DNA from: Stegostoma tigrinum
Taxonomy: Eukaryota
Length of the DNA: 64,000 nucleotides
Assembly: GCF_030684315.1 (NCBI RefSeq)
Contig: NC_081398.1
Span: 6,614,385-6,678,384, forward strand
Reading direction: 5' to 3'
The notes beneath the pieces are model-generated. The model was not told the DNA's origin and made no database searches. It worked only from the letters and a program-made list of their open reading frames with translations. Within the stretch, counting starts at the first letter, position 1. Each line of letters starts with the position of its first letter. A program made the translations under genes and the position numbers. Positions 24,060-37,000 of this stretch are shown one piece after another.

Positions 24060-24962
24060 TGTGAGTTTGCTCGCTGAGCTGGAAGGTTCGTTTTCAGACG
24101 TTTCGTCACCATTCTAGGTAACATCATCAATGAGCCTCCGACGAAGTGCTGGTGTTATGTCCCGCTTTCTATTTATCTGGTTAGGTTTCTTTGGGTTGGT
24201 GATGTCATTTCCTGCGTTGGTGTGTCATTTCCTGTTCTTTTTCTCAGGGGATGGTAGATTGGCTCCAAATCAATGTGTTTGTTGATGGAATTCCGGTTGG
24301 AATGCCATGCATCTAGGAATTCTCGTGCGTGTCTCTGCTTGGCTTGTCCTAGGATGGATGTGTTGTCCCAATCAAAGTGGTGACCTTCCTCATCTGTGTG
24401 TAAGGATGTGAGTGATAGTGGGTCATGTCGTTTTGTGACTAGTTGATGTTCATGTATCCTGGTGGCTAGCTTTCTGCCAGTTTGTCCGATGTAGTGTTTG
24501 TCACAGTTCTTGCAAGGTGTTTTGTCGATGACGTTCATTTTATTTGTTGTCTGTATAGGGTCTTTTAAGTTCATTAGCTGCTGTTTTAGTGTGTTGGTGG
24601 GTTTGTGGGCTACCCTGATGCTAAGGGGTCCGAGTAGTCTGGCCGTCATTTCGGAAATGTCTTTGATGTAGGGGAGAGTGGTTATGGTTTCTGAGCCCGT
24701 TTTGTCTGTTTGTTTGTGTTTGTTGCTGAGGAATCGGCGGACTGTGTTCATAGGGTACCCATTCTTTTTGAATACGCTGTATAGGTGATTTTCCTCTGCT
24801 CTGTGTAGTTCCTCTGTGCTGCAGTGTGTGGTGGCTCGTTGGAATAATGTTGTAATGCAGCTTCGTTTGTGGGTGTTGGGATGGTTGCTCCTGTAGTTCA
24901 GTATTTGGTCCGTATGTGTTGTTTTCCTGTAGACGCTGGTTTGAAGCTCCCCAATCTTCTCA
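24060..24962 (-). mobile_element. Penelope-like retroelement, 5'-truncated, encoding RT thumb and GIY-YIG endonuclease
   Basis: ORF 24173-25042 contains TSVYRKTTHTDQILNYRSNHP and CKNCDKHYIGQTGRKLATRIHEH; 15-bp TSD with one mismatch at 24045-24059 and 24963-24977; site empty in gene C (~43030-43050). Confidence 0.92.
24094..24134 (-). ncRNA. Minimal hammerhead ribozyme-like motif in the Penelope terminal repeat
   Basis: Minus strand ctca-TTGATGA-t-gttacc-tagaat-ggtgac-GAAA-c-gtc-tga; one core change (C3U) from the consensus. Confidence 0.5.
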
Positions 24963-25012
24963 GAAGAAGTAAGCGGACTGTGGCGAGGGCCGGAGGGGCA
25001 AGGGTTCCTTAC

Positions 25013-25198
25013 CTCGCTGCTGATCTTTCTTCTTGCAGACATAGAGAGCCGCTGCTATTGCCACGGAAACGAGGAGCACAAACACCGTGGCAACCGCGAT
25101 CCCTAGAATCCAGGCCAACTTTCTTCGATTGGTAGTGAGTGTGGTGGTGGAAATGGTGCTGGTCTTCACCGTGGGATTGGAAGTAGTCGGTCGCTGTG
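25013..25198 (-). pseudogene. Gene B stalk/TM exon (AQRPTTSNPTVKTSTISTTTLTTNRRKLAWILGIAVATVFVLLVSVAIAAALYVCKKKDQQR), open and with intact splice sites
   Basis: Acceptor (tc)n-tgtttcAG, donor GTAAGG, 186 nt; homologous to 42813-42998. Confidence 0.85.
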
Positions 25199-27949
25199 CT
25201 GAAACAGAGAGAGAGAGAGAGACAGAGAGGGCTGCTTTATCGAAAGTAAGATCGGCGCCATACAAATGCCAGGCAATGCCCACCTCCAGCAACCAAACTA
25301 TTGCCGCCCAATGGCATTGCCATCACTGAACCCCACCCTCTGCCACCTTACCAACATCCTGGAGGGTTACCATTGACTAGAAACTGAACTGGAGGGTTGA
25401 GTCCCACCAATCCTCTTGTTACACTGTTAATGTAACTGTGTTGCTTGAATTACTCGCTCTGATGAAGAGTCATCTCGACTTGAGCTGTTAGCTCGCTCTC
25501 CCTCCATGGATACCACCTGACCCATAGTGATTTCCAGCAACTTTTTGATGACAGACTGAATTACCGAAATGACTAATTCTTTCTCTGCTGTCCACCATAA
25601 AAGTATCACACACCAGGCTTCTTTTACAAATGAATATAATCTGTTTCATTCTAAGCACAATCTGGATGATATCCTGGCTTGGGCAGATAAGTGACAAGTG
25701 AGATTCATGCCACACAAATGCCAGGCAATGACCAGCTCCAGTAGGAGACAATCTAACCACCTTCTGTTAACATTCAATGACATTACCATCACTGAACCAA
25801 CAATATCATTGACTGGAAATTTGTTATGGATCAGACCAGAGCCCCTCAAAATATTTTAAGAGGGTGGTCTAGTTCGTACATTTTTGTTATTTTAAAGGCA
25901 AATTTAAGGTGTTATATTCCAGATACATACAATGTGACTGGTCAAATTACTCCGTTAAGCAAAACACTTTATTTAAACACCATAGTTAAAATACAACAAT
26001 ATCATTGACTGGAAATTTGTTATGGATCTGACCAGAATTCCTCAAAATGTATTAAGAGAGTGGTCTAGCACCTACGTTTTTCTTATTTTAGAGGCAAATA
26101 TAAAGCACTATGTTCTAGATACAACGTGACTTGTCAAATTACTTGATGTTAAGCAAAACACAATTTATTTGAACGCCATAGTTAAAATACAACAAAATAA
26201 AAGACAATATTGGAATAACTTAACTCTATTGTAATGTTTATGACCAATAGATACAGTAACTATTACTAACTAACTGTTCCAATATGGTCATATCCCGTAA
26301 ACATACCCCTCGCGAATAAAAGGGAAAATTCAGAAATCAGACTTTCTCACATGCAACATCTGCAGTTGGAAGAGAGCCCCCAGCTTCTAGCTGTAACTGA
26401 GAGGAGGGTAAATAATGGCTTTTACTTCCTCAAGGCTCCAGCAGCTTCTGCTGAATGTAAAAGCTTTAAAAAATGAGAAATACTAGTTCTGTGAGAGGTG
26501 GTGACACCCGGCCAGGATGCTTCTATTGTTCCAACTTGAAAAACAAACTCCAAAGTCTCACAAGATGCTTATGTTACCACAGTCATCTTGACACTTCTCA
26601 TTCAAGCACACTCCAAAAAGAAACCAGACAAAATACAGCTCTTCACACTGCAAAAGTGTCACAAACTGAGATGGACTTGGTACATAATCACAGTGGCCAC
26701 AAGAGTAAGCCAGAGGCTGGGAATACTGCAGTGAGTAACTCACCTCCTGACTCCCCAAAGCCTGTCCACTATTGACAAGGCACAAGCCAGGAGGGTGATG
26801 GAATATTCCCCACTTGCCCTGGATGAGGGCAGCTCCAACAACACTCAAGAAGCTCGACACCCTCCAAGACAAAGCAGCTCCCGGTTGATAGGCACCACAT
26901 CCACAAACATTCACTCCCCCCCCCCCCCCGACCCAGTAGCAGCAATGTGTACTATCTACAAGATGCACTGAAGAAATTCACCAAAGATCCTCAGACAGCA
27001 CTGTCCAATCTCACTTCCATCAAGATGAGCAGATACGTGGGAACACCATGCCCTGTATTTTCCCCTCTGAACCACTCCCCATTCTGATATGGAAATATAT
27101 TGGCTGTTCCTTCACTGATGCTGGGTCAGAATTCTGGGTGAATCACATGGACAAGTGGCATTGTGGGTCAACCCACAGCACCTGGAAAGTGTATCTGTTC
27201 TAACAAGAATCCAGCCATTGTCACAGACACTTTTCCCAATTACGATTCCCAGATATATTCCCAGATGAGGGTGCCATTGGCTAGGCCTACCTTTTATTAT
27301 CCTTTCCCTAATTGCCCACTGGGCAGTTAAGAGTCAACCATGCTGCTGTCGAGTCACATATAGGCCAGACCAGGGAAGGATGGCAGTTTACTTCCCTAAA
27401 GGACATTAATGAAACAGATAGGTTTCTCCGACAACCAACAATGATCCATGTTCATCATAAGACCCTTAATTTCAGTCTGTTTCTCATTGAAATCAATTTC
27501 CACCACCTGCCATTGCAGAATCGAACGCTGGTCCCAGGAACATTACCTGGGTTTCTCAGCGATAATACCACTAGGCCACCATCCTGCCCTTAGCTCCTCA
27601 CTCCAGGAACCATTTGTGTAACTCTCTGCTTTCACAGTCATGCAGCAGCCACACTGAACATGAGACTTCCTCTGTGGTTTGGTATCATGACAGAATGAAA
27701 CCATGAAGAGTTTCTTGCTTTAACGGAGCCATTACATCGCTCCCCGTTTGCAGCCTTCTCAATGATGTGCCACCAAGGTACTGGTCAAGGGAGAGATGAT
27801 GGGGGGAACATTCACGGGCTTGTGGCCTTATTTTCTGGAATGGGTGGAGGGGTGGCACCGGCTAGTCGGGGTGTCTGACCTCTTATTCTGCCCTGACTTT
27901 GACACTTTCTGCATTCATTTAGAACTTGACAGTGTCCATTTTCTGTAAG

Positions 27950-28620
27950 GGGCTGGAGGACGTGCCAGAGTTAGGGAGGGTCATAGGGGGCTGGAGGGGG
28001 TGACAGGGATAGGGAGGGGTGTAGGGTCTGGAGAGAGTGACAGAGATAGGGAGGGGTTGTAGGGGCTGGAGGGAGTGAAAGAGATAGGGAGGGGGTATAG
28101 GGGCTAGAGGGGGTGACAGAGATAGGGAGGGGTGTAGGGGCTGTAGAAGGTGACAGAGATGGGGGGTGGGTGTAGGGGTTGGAGGGGGTAACAGGGATAG
28201 GGAGGGGGTATAGGGGCAGGAGGGGGTGACAGAAATTGGGAGTGGGTGTACGGGCTGTAGGGGGTGACAGAGATAGGGAGGGGGTGTAGGGGCTGGAGGG
28301 GATGACAGAGATAGGGAGGGGTATGGGGGCTGGAGGGGGTGGCAGAGATAGGGAGGGGTGTAGGGGCTGGAGGAGGTGACAGGTATAGGTAGGGGGTGTA
28401 GGGACTGGAGGAGGTGACAGTATAGGGAGGGGTGTAGGGGCTGGAGGGGGTGGCAGAGATAGGGAGGGGTATAGGGGCTGGAGGGGGTGGCAGCGATAGA
28501 GAGGGGTATAGGGGCTGGAGGGGGTGGCAGAGATAGGGAGGGGTGTAGGGGCTGGCGGAGTTTATAAAGAAAGAAAGGGCCCTAAAGCCGGAGTGTGTTA
28601 CAAAGATAGGGAGGGCCGAG
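27950..28620 (+). repeat. 37-38-bp minisatellite (same family as 6290-9265), G-rich on +
   Basis: Visible tandem array downstream of the gene B V exon. Confidence 0.9.
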
Positions 28621-28715
28621 GGAGTGGGCAGTCATCAGGAGCTGAATATTAACCCCAAGACAATGCACGGGGCATCATGCAGAAAGTAATACGGAGGCCC
28701 TAAATGGGATTTTTC

Positions 28716-29058
28716 CTTGGAGAGTGAGCAGCATCCCTGTTTCCTGTTGTAGCCACCCGACAGAAATAACGGTTTGTATCCCGCAATCCCAGCTGCTTTA
28801 TCCGGACGGTTCCTGTCCCTTCCGTGTCCGGCGATCCCAGGAATTCAATTCGTTCTTGGTATTTAGGGTGAGTGTATCCCCGTGACAAATTGAAGATAAA
28901 TTCCCCGTGATACTCCCATCTTCTCCAGAAGATGCTGATCCGTGCGGTTCTGTAACTGTCTGGGTAAGTGACTGTACACGGGATCTCGATCGATCCCCCT
29001 TCCACAGCCTCCACTCGATCCAGTTGGTTCACTGTGAAATCCTCTCCCTTTATCATCG
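28716..29058 (-). pseudogene. Gene B V-set exon with 26-bp frameshifting deletion and destroyed splice donor
   Basis: 343 nt vs 369 nt; taagagtgaggcctggcaaagcatcc is missing; ccaag|GAaaaa vs ccgag|GTaaaa in C; reading runs to a stop at 28700-28702. Confidence 0.9.
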
Positions 29059-29199
29059 CTGTGGGAGAGCAAAACAGCAAACAGTCATTTAGGAATCCCG
29101 AATAAATCTCTCCCAGCTGAAAAACCAGCTCCCAGGGATAGGGAGACTCTGTTTCCAAAAGAACAAAATGTAACTCACTCCCTGTTTTCTGTTATTCTC

Positions 29200-29710
29200 C
29201 ATGTCTCTGTAACCTCTACCATCCCCTGCATTCCTCCCTATTTCTGTAATCTCCGCCAGCCCCTGCAACCCATTCCTATCTCTGTAACCTTCACCAGCCC
29301 CTACATTCCTCCTACCTCTGTTACCTCCACCGGCTCCTGCCCCCCATCCCTGTCTCAATAATATCCTCCATCCCCTACATTCCTCCCTATCTCTGTCACC
29401 CCTTCCAGCCCCTGACCCCCATCCCTATTTTATAACCTCCTCCATTCCCTACCTTCTTCCCTATCTCTGTCACCTCCACCAGCCCCTGCACCCCATCCTT
29501 ATCCCTATAATATCCTCCATCCCCTACATTCCTCCCTATCTCGATCACCCCTTCCAACCTTTGTGCCCCCCATCCCTATCTCTATAACCTCCTCCATCCC
29601 CTACATTCCTCCCTATTTCTGTCACCTCCACCAGCCCCTGCCCCCATCCCTATCTCTGTAACCTCCTCCATCCCCCACATTCCTCTATTTCTGTCACCCC
29701 TCCAGCCACT
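29200..29710 (-). repeat. 37-38-bp minisatellite, degenerate, C-rich on +
   Basis: Visible array upstream of the gene B V exon. Confidence 0.85.
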
Positions 29711-31829
29711 ATCGCCCTCTGAAGTTTCCATGGGGAGGGGGTGGCTGGTGGCGGGGCTGAAACTTTGGAAAATCTTTGTCTGCAGTTATGGGATTCCCCT
29801 TCCAAACCTGTCCTTCTCTCATAATCTCTCTTTCCTCATGTTCCCCCCTAAAACCCCTCCCTGTGTATCCTCAGTGCGTTAATTCTCTCAAAAGCCCCTT
29901 TGGATCCCAGTCCTATCACCAGGATCTTTCAGGGGATTGCGTTGAGGAGCAGGTTTAGGACAGAGCTGAGGAGGAACGTCTTCACCCAAAGCGCTATGAA
30001 TCTGCGGAATTCCCTGCCCCATTGAAGCAGCTTACGCAATCCCTTTAAAGTTTTTAGACAAATTGTTGATCAGTAAAGGAATTAATGGTTATGGTGATCT
30101 GGTGGGTGAATGGAGCTGAGTCCATGAAAAGATCTGGCATGAGCTTATTGAATGGTGGAGCAGGCTCAGCGGGGGTAAGGGGGCACGTGTGGGTCTGCTC
30201 TGCTCCTATTTCTCAATTAACCACTCCTAGCTCTCTCATATTATCTTCCAAACTCTTTCATCGGGCAGAAGAAATGTACGTACGAACAGGTTCAGGAACA
30301 GATCCTCCTCTGTTGTTATCAGATGTTTGAATGGACCTCTGAAATGTTCATTCCCTCTCGCTGCACCTTCCCTGCATCTGTAACCCTGCACTCTGTTCTG
30401 CTACCCTGACACACTCTGTATGGTATGATCTGCCTGCGCAGCATGCAAAACAACACTTCTCACTGTTCCCATCGGTACTCCTGCTCCCCCCGACAGCAAG
30501 AGAACGTTTAACGGGGTTTTGTGAGACCCGCAGTCTTTCCAAACTGTTAGTACTGCTTTTTCGTCTTCCTGTGCGTTCTGGCCATCTCCAGGCAGCTAGC
30601 GGTTTCCTCAAACGGACTGAGGAGAGACGGTCAGTGTGTTTCTGTCACTAATTTTGAGTTCAAATCTGTTAAAGCAAACAAAATTTGCATTTCTTAGTGC
30701 TCTTCACTATTTTGTTTCGCATGCTTGCCTTCGTCACTCAGACTGTGAAGTGCAGAAGTTGGGATTTTATGTTGGGGTTGTACAGTGGGTTGGTGAGGCG
30801 TCTTCTGGAGGACTGTGCACAGTTCTGTTCACCCTGCTCATATACAGGAAGGATATTATTAAATTGGAAAGGGTTCAGATAAGGTGAATAGCAAAGGTCT
30901 TTCCCTGAGATTAGTAAGTTCAAAAGTAGGGGCCATAATATTAAGGTGAAAGCAGTAAGATTTAAAAGGGATCTGATTCGCAACTTCCTCACACAGAGAG
31001 TGGTTCATATGTGGAATAAACTTCCAGAGGAAGTGGCAGATGTAGGTACCGTTGCAACATTTAAAGGCATTTTGCAGCTACATGGATAGGAAAGGTTTAG
31101 AGAGATATGGGTCATACTCAGGCAAGTGGGACTAGTTTAGTTTGAGAAACTTAGTCAGCATGGACTGGTTGGACTGAAGGGTCTGTTTTCAAGCTGAATG
31201 ACTCGATAAATCTATGAGAAGATGTTTCCACCAGTAGGCAAGGCTAGCACCTCGAGGTCCCAGACTCAGGGTGAAGGCATGATCATTTAGAACGGAGATG
31301 AGGAGGAATTTCTTCAGCCTGAGGGTGGTGAATCTATGGAACACATTGCCACAGGGAGATGTTGAGGCAATGTCATTGAGTGTCTTCAAGACAGAGATAG
31401 ACAGGTTCTTGATTAGTAAGGTGTTCAAGGGTTACAGGGTCAAGGCAGGAGAATGGGGTTGAGAAACATATTAGCCATGATCAATGGGCTGCATGGCCTA
31501 ATTCTGCTCCTATATCTAATGGTTTCATGGACAGCCTCCTTTTTGCTGAGTTCAGACCGATTACTCTGCCAAATGTTTGTAGCGGGGTGAAGAAGATAAA
31601 GCCATTACTGTCCAACCACAACATAGAAGCACTCTCGCATTTAACCTGAAGGTAACCATGCCTCGAATGAAGGGAAATGTAGAGGAGTTGGGACTTTCGT
31701 GGTCAACTCAGCTGGTGCGGGAATCGAACCCAAGCCACTGGTGTCACTCTCTTTTGCAGGCTTGTCCCTTTAGCCAATGGAGCTGACTGACCCACAAGAG
31801 AGTGGGCAGGGTTGTTGGTAGGACCCTCT

Positions 31830-32865
31830 ATCGGGTCCGTCCCATCTCCCACACTTCTGCCCCCCCCCCCTTCTCTCCCCTCCCGCACAGCAACAGGGTC
31901 CCCTGATTCTCACCTTCCATCCCACCAGCATCCACATCCAGAAGATCGTGAGACGTCATTTCTGCCAACTCCAGCGAGATGCCACCACCAGGCACATGTT
32001 CCCCTCCCCTCCCTTGTCCGCCTCCCACAGGGACCGTTCCCTCCCAGACACTCTGGTCCATACCTCTTCCAACCCACCACCTCCCCACAGCCCTACGGCA
32101 CCTTCCCCTGTAACCAGTGAATATGTAACACCTGCCCCTTTACCTCCTCCCTCCCCAGTATCTAAGGACCCAAACATACCTACCAGATGAAGCAACACTT
32201 CACCTGCACTTCCCAGAATCTAACCTACTGCATTCGCTGCTCACAGTGTGGTCTCCTTTACATTGGGGAAATGAAGCGTAGACTTGGTGACCGCTTCGCA
32301 GAACATCTACATTCTGCTCGCAAAAAAGACCCTGAACTACCTGTTGCCTGCCACTTTAACACACCACCCTGCTCCCTGGCCAACATCTCTTGACTCTGGC
32401 TTGCTACCGTGATCCAGTGAACCCCAGCACAAGCTGGATGAACAACACCTCATTTTCCGCTTGGGGACCCTACTGCCCTCCGGACTCAATATTGAGTTCA
32501 ATAATTTTAGGGCCTAAACTCCCCCATGTCCCAGCGCCCCACCCCACACACCAGGCCTTGTTACCACAGCCTGCCATTACACAGCCCCTGTTGTTAGTCA
32601 CTAACAGTCCCCATTAGCAACTATTCGCCCTCCCAGCCTGATCGTTAGCAACTCCTTTGTCAGTCTGTCTTTCTCTCTCTTTGGGCTCCATCCTATCATT
32701 TACTCCCTATCCCACCCACCTCCCTATTTTCTACAGAAAAACTGGCATTTTCCCAGCCACCATCAGTTCTGAGAAAGTGTCACTGGACCCGAAACGTTAA
32801 CTCTGTTTTCTCCTTCACAGATGCTGCCAGACCTGCTGAGCTTTTCCAGCAACTTTGGTTTTGTT
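31830..32865 (+). mobile_element. Penelope-like element 3' fragment (GIY-YIG) in the spacer between genes B and C
   Basis: FTCTSQNLTYCIRCSQCGLLYIGEMKRRLGDRFAEH at 32187-32393; terminal motif ctgagaaagtgtcactggacccgaaacgtt near 32770. Confidence 0.85.
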
Positions 32866-33884
32866 CCCAAGAGAGTGGTATCGTCTGTGCCTCTCTCTGT
32901 CTCTCTCTCTCTCTCCGCAAGGGGCTGGTCCTGAGGTCCGAGTGCTGGAGGTCTACTGTGTGGACGGGTGTGAGGGAACACAGGCTCGAACAGCTGTGCT
33001 CGCTCGAAGACGAATGGAAATATCCTCTCGCAGAGCCATACCGTACCAAAACAGAGCCTCCGCTCCAACTAGTCCAGGTTGACCAAGTTTTCCAAACTAA
33101 ATTAATCTCACTTGCCTGTGTTTAGCCCATATCCCTCTAAACCTTTCCTATTCACGTCCCTATCTAATATCTTTTCAACGTTGCCCCTGCATCTGTCATT
33201 TTCTCTAGCGGTTCATTCCACATGCTCTGAGAAGGTTGTACCTCAAGTCTGTTTTAAATCTTCCCGTCTCAACTTAAAAGCATGTTCCCCTAGTTTTGAA
33301 CTCACCGTCCCTGGGGGAAAGAAGAAAAATACCTTTGCTCTTCACTTTATCTAGCTCTCCCACCAATGATTTTAAAATGTAAGTTATCTCCGAGCCCTCT
33401 CCACTTTAATATGTTCTTCCTTTAACAGGACTGCACACAGTCCTCTAGAAGAGGCCTCACCAGACTCAGCATTATGTCCCAACTCCTGTAATCAATGATC
33501 TGAGCAATGAAGGTAAGTGTGTCTAAGATAATAGTGAAACGTGCTGAGAAACGCAAATTCGGTTTGTTTTTTTTCAATGCGATTGAGTCACCCACCTATA
33601 TCTGTTTTAAAGGTTTAATTCGAGCTGACAATTAACTTGATTCGATTCTCCACAGGCACTCTATACAGGCCCCTCTGTATTCCGTAAATTTTAATCATAT
33701 CCCGGTGTATCCTCCATCGAGTACAGACCCAGAGGTCTCAACCACTCCTCATTCTACAACACCTTCATTCTTGGGAACCTCCTTTGGACACCTTCCCCTC
33801 AGCCCTCACTGCCTTGCAGGTCTCAATTCCTGAAATTAGTGAGAAAAGCCCTTCCCCATCATTTCTTCTCAGTAAGCCCGAAGA

Positions 33885-34039
33885 GGCCACTTCCTGCCTG
33901 GTGTTGGCCAGAACGCAAGCGAACAGGAAGGCGAAAAAGCAGAACTAACAGTTTGGCAAGGCTGTGGGTCTCACAGAATCCCGTCATCATTCTGTTGCAA
34001 TCGGTGAGAGCAGGCAGCCAGAGCGAGAGCAGGACGGCA
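33885..34039 (+). promoter_or_regulatory. Putative proximal promoter/5' UTR of gene C with ETS cores
   Basis: CACTTCCTG at 33888-33896 and ACAGGAAG at 33923-33930; near-identical to the gene A block; no obvious TATA box. Confidence 0.45.
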
Positions 34040-34082
34040 ATGGGCTCTAATCTCCATCTCATCCTTCTGTCTCTCTGTGTCG
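34040..34082 (+). CDS. PILRA: Gene C exon 1, signal peptide MGSNLHLILLSLCV
   Basis: gcaATGG; donor G|GTGAGT; phase 1. Confidence 0.88.
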
Positions 34083-37000
34083 GTGAGTGAGTTCAATCTT
34101 ATTCCAATGTGTCACCAACTTGGCTTCTGATTCAGACTGAGTCCTTCCCTTCACCAGCCACTCCACGGCTCAAAGCTGTTGCTTACCCTGATGGTGTGGG
34201 CAAGTTACCAGAAGCTGCTTTCAATTCAGCTCCTGGTTAAGAAATCTCCAAGATAATCAAGTTCCAAAACAATGGTTTGGATGTTATCGCATGTAACCAG
34301 AAAAATAAGGCGCCTCATGGAAGCAAGTTAACTCTCATAATCCTGGGTTGGCAACTAATGAGCATCTGGCCCCGATTCCAAACTGCAGCGTCCGTCCCTA
34401 AAAGTGTCCAGAGTTGGTGGACTGATTTATTGTGGTCCTATGTCCCGAGATACAGTGGAAAGTGTTGTTTTGTGTGCTATACAGGCAGATTGTGCCATAA
34501 AGAGTGTGTCAGGGTGGCAGAACAAAGTGCTACAGACACAGAGAAGGTGCAGTGAGAGAGAGAGATCAGAATTAACATTCCAGAGGAATGCTCAAGAGTC
34601 TGAGAACAGCAGGGAAGAAGCTGTTCTTGAATATGTTATATTCAAACTGTTGTACATTCTGCCCAGAAAAGGGAGGGTGGAAGAGAGTATGAGGGTTGAG
34701 AGGGGTGCTTGATTGTACGGATATTAGAAATAGGAGCGGGAGCGGATCATCTGGCCTCATTGAGCCTGCCCCACTATTCAATAAGATCATGGCTGTTCTT
34801 TTCACAGATTCAGCTCCACTAACCCACCCGCTCACCATAACCCTTAATTCTTTTACTGTTCAAAAATCTATCTATCTCTGCCTTAAAAACATTCAGCGAG
34901 GTATCGTCATCTGATTCACTGGGCAGGGAATTCCACAGATTCATAACACTTTGGGTGAAGAAGTTCCTCCTGACCTCAGTCCGAAACCTGCTCCTCAGAA
35001 CAATCTCCAGGAATATCCTGGTGAAAGGATAGGGGTCCAAAGGAGTTTTGAAAGGAATTATCCCAGTGATCAGAGGAATTTTACGGGGAATCTTGAGGAA
35101 AGAGAGATTGCGAGAGGTGGAGAGGTGTGGGGGGAGAATCTTGTAACTGCAGTCAGCAAACCCCCCCCCCCCCATGGAGATTTCAGAGGGCTGTAGTGAC
35201 TGGAAGGGGTGATAGTGATAGGGAGGGATGTAGGGGCTGCAGGCAGTTACAGAGATTAGGAAGAGTGTGGGAGCTGGAACAGCTAACAGAGATAAGGAGC
35301 AGTATGGGGGCTGGAAGAGGTTACATAGGTAGGGAGGGGTGTCGCGGCTGGAGGAGGTTACAGAGATAAGGAGAGGTGTAGGGTTTGGAGGAGGTTGCAG
35401 AGATAGAGAGGTACAGGGGTCGGAAGAGGTGACAGAGATTGGGATGGGTGTAGGTGCGGGAGGAGATTACAGTGATCGGGCGGGGTGTAGGGTCAGGAGG
35501 AGGTTCCTGTGTGAGTTTTGAGTTACCACTGAGCATTTCAGACAAGGCTGAGGGATTAAAACTGAGGTGTGAGGGTGTTGCTAAACCAGGAGATGAGGCA
35601 GCAGGGAGGGAATAGCAGGGAGCAGGGTCAGGAATGTGTTCAGATTAAGGGGCAGTGGGTCCTTTTGCAATCTATTGAGGAGTGTAGAAAATGGAAGAGC
35701 GTCGATGGCTGAGATCAGGGCATGTGGAGCTGTGGATTCCCAAAGTGAAAGACTGAAACTGAGAGCTCCTCGTTATTACCTTGTGGCTGGTCTGGGAGAT
35801 ATATAAAGGCAGCGGTCTGGTATTGGATCTCAGATGGTGATGGGTGAGGGAAAGCGGATTTCACAATGGGGGTGGAGGGCCTGGAAGACAGTTGAGGCTT
35901 GTCCCCATGTAACCCCCTCCTCCGTCAGTACTCCCATCCCAAAAATATTGATTGGAAAGTTGGGTTCCAAGGGAAAGATTGTGTCACAGAGAGTACCCGT
36001 CCTGAACCAGAGGGGAACTCATCCAGTACCTCAGGGGCTTTAGGCTCAAAGGAACATACTAGCAGCAGCTACACTCTGGAATCTAATCAAGGAGTTTTGG
36101 GTGGTTTCTCCACAGAATAACATATCCAAGAGTGAGTTACAAATGTGTTGGTTCATTCATGGGATGAAGGCATTTCTGGCCAAGCAGCATTTATTACTGA
36201 TCCCTAATTGCCCAAGAGGGCAGTTAAGAGTCAACCACATTACTGTGGGTCTGAAGTCACATGTAGGCCAGCCCAGGTAAGGATGGCAGTTTCCTTCCCT
36301 TAAAGGGCATTAGTGAATCAGAAGGGTTTTCCCCCAGACAATTGCCGATGGACTCACGGTCATCATTAGGCATTAAATTCCAGACATTTTTATTTAATTC
36401 AAATCACACCATGAGGACTCAAACCAGGGACCCCAGAACATTGACTGGGTCTCTGGGTTAGAAGTCCAGCGATAACATCACGAGGCTATTCCTCCCCCCC
36501 ACCCCCCCGGGGCCAGATGTTCTGGGGTTAGCTTATATACAGAATAACAGATCACTGGGAGTGAGTTACATTAAGCTGTTTGGGAAACAGAGTCTCCCTA
36601 TCCCTGGGAGCTGGTTTTTCAGCTGGGAGAGATTTATTCGGGATTCCTAAATGACTGTTTGCTGTTTTGCTCTCCCACAGCGATGATAAAGGGAAAGGGA
36701 TTCACAGTGAACCAACCGGATCGATTGGAGGCTGTGGAAGGGGGATCGATCGAGATCCCGTGTACATTCACTTACCCAGACAGTTACAGACCCCCACGGA
36801 TCAACATCTTCTGGAGAAGATCGGAGTTTCACGGGGAATTTATCTTCAATTTGTCACGGGGATACACTCACCCTATATACCGAGGGCGAATTGACTTCCT
36901 GGGATCACCGGACACGGGGAGGACAGGAACCATCCGGATAAAGAAGCTGGGATTGCGGGATACAAACCGTTATTTCTGTCGGGTGGCTATAACAGGAAAT

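Larger units (their letters stand above)
16720..30625 (-). pseudogene. Gene B: inverted, multiply disabled duplicate of the inhibitory PILR-like gene C
   Basis: Promoter remnant 30480-30625 with leader CDS deleted; V exon 29058-28716 with 26-bp deletion and GT>GA donor; intact TM exon 25198-25013; 28-nt exon missing; 53-nt exon (from 19087) lacks its donor; 44-nt exon remnant ~18065-18100 lacks its acceptor; last exon has ITIM1 Tyr>Ser and a frameshift. Confidence 0.85.

Noticed and set aside
24173-25042. 289-aa ORF as a receptor-endonuclease fusion or domesticated gene
   Set aside because: Its N-terminus is an out-of-frame read through the TM exon end and intron; the rest is a truncated Penelope bounded by a TSD.
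25799-26030. ~196-bp tandem duplication in gene B intron 2
   Set aside because: Real, but it lies at the end of an interspersed repeat inside a pseudogene with no functional signal.
28700-29158. Gene B as a secreted decoy V domain
   Set aside because: The leader coding exon is deleted and the G strand is lost by frameshift, so secretion and folding are unlikely.
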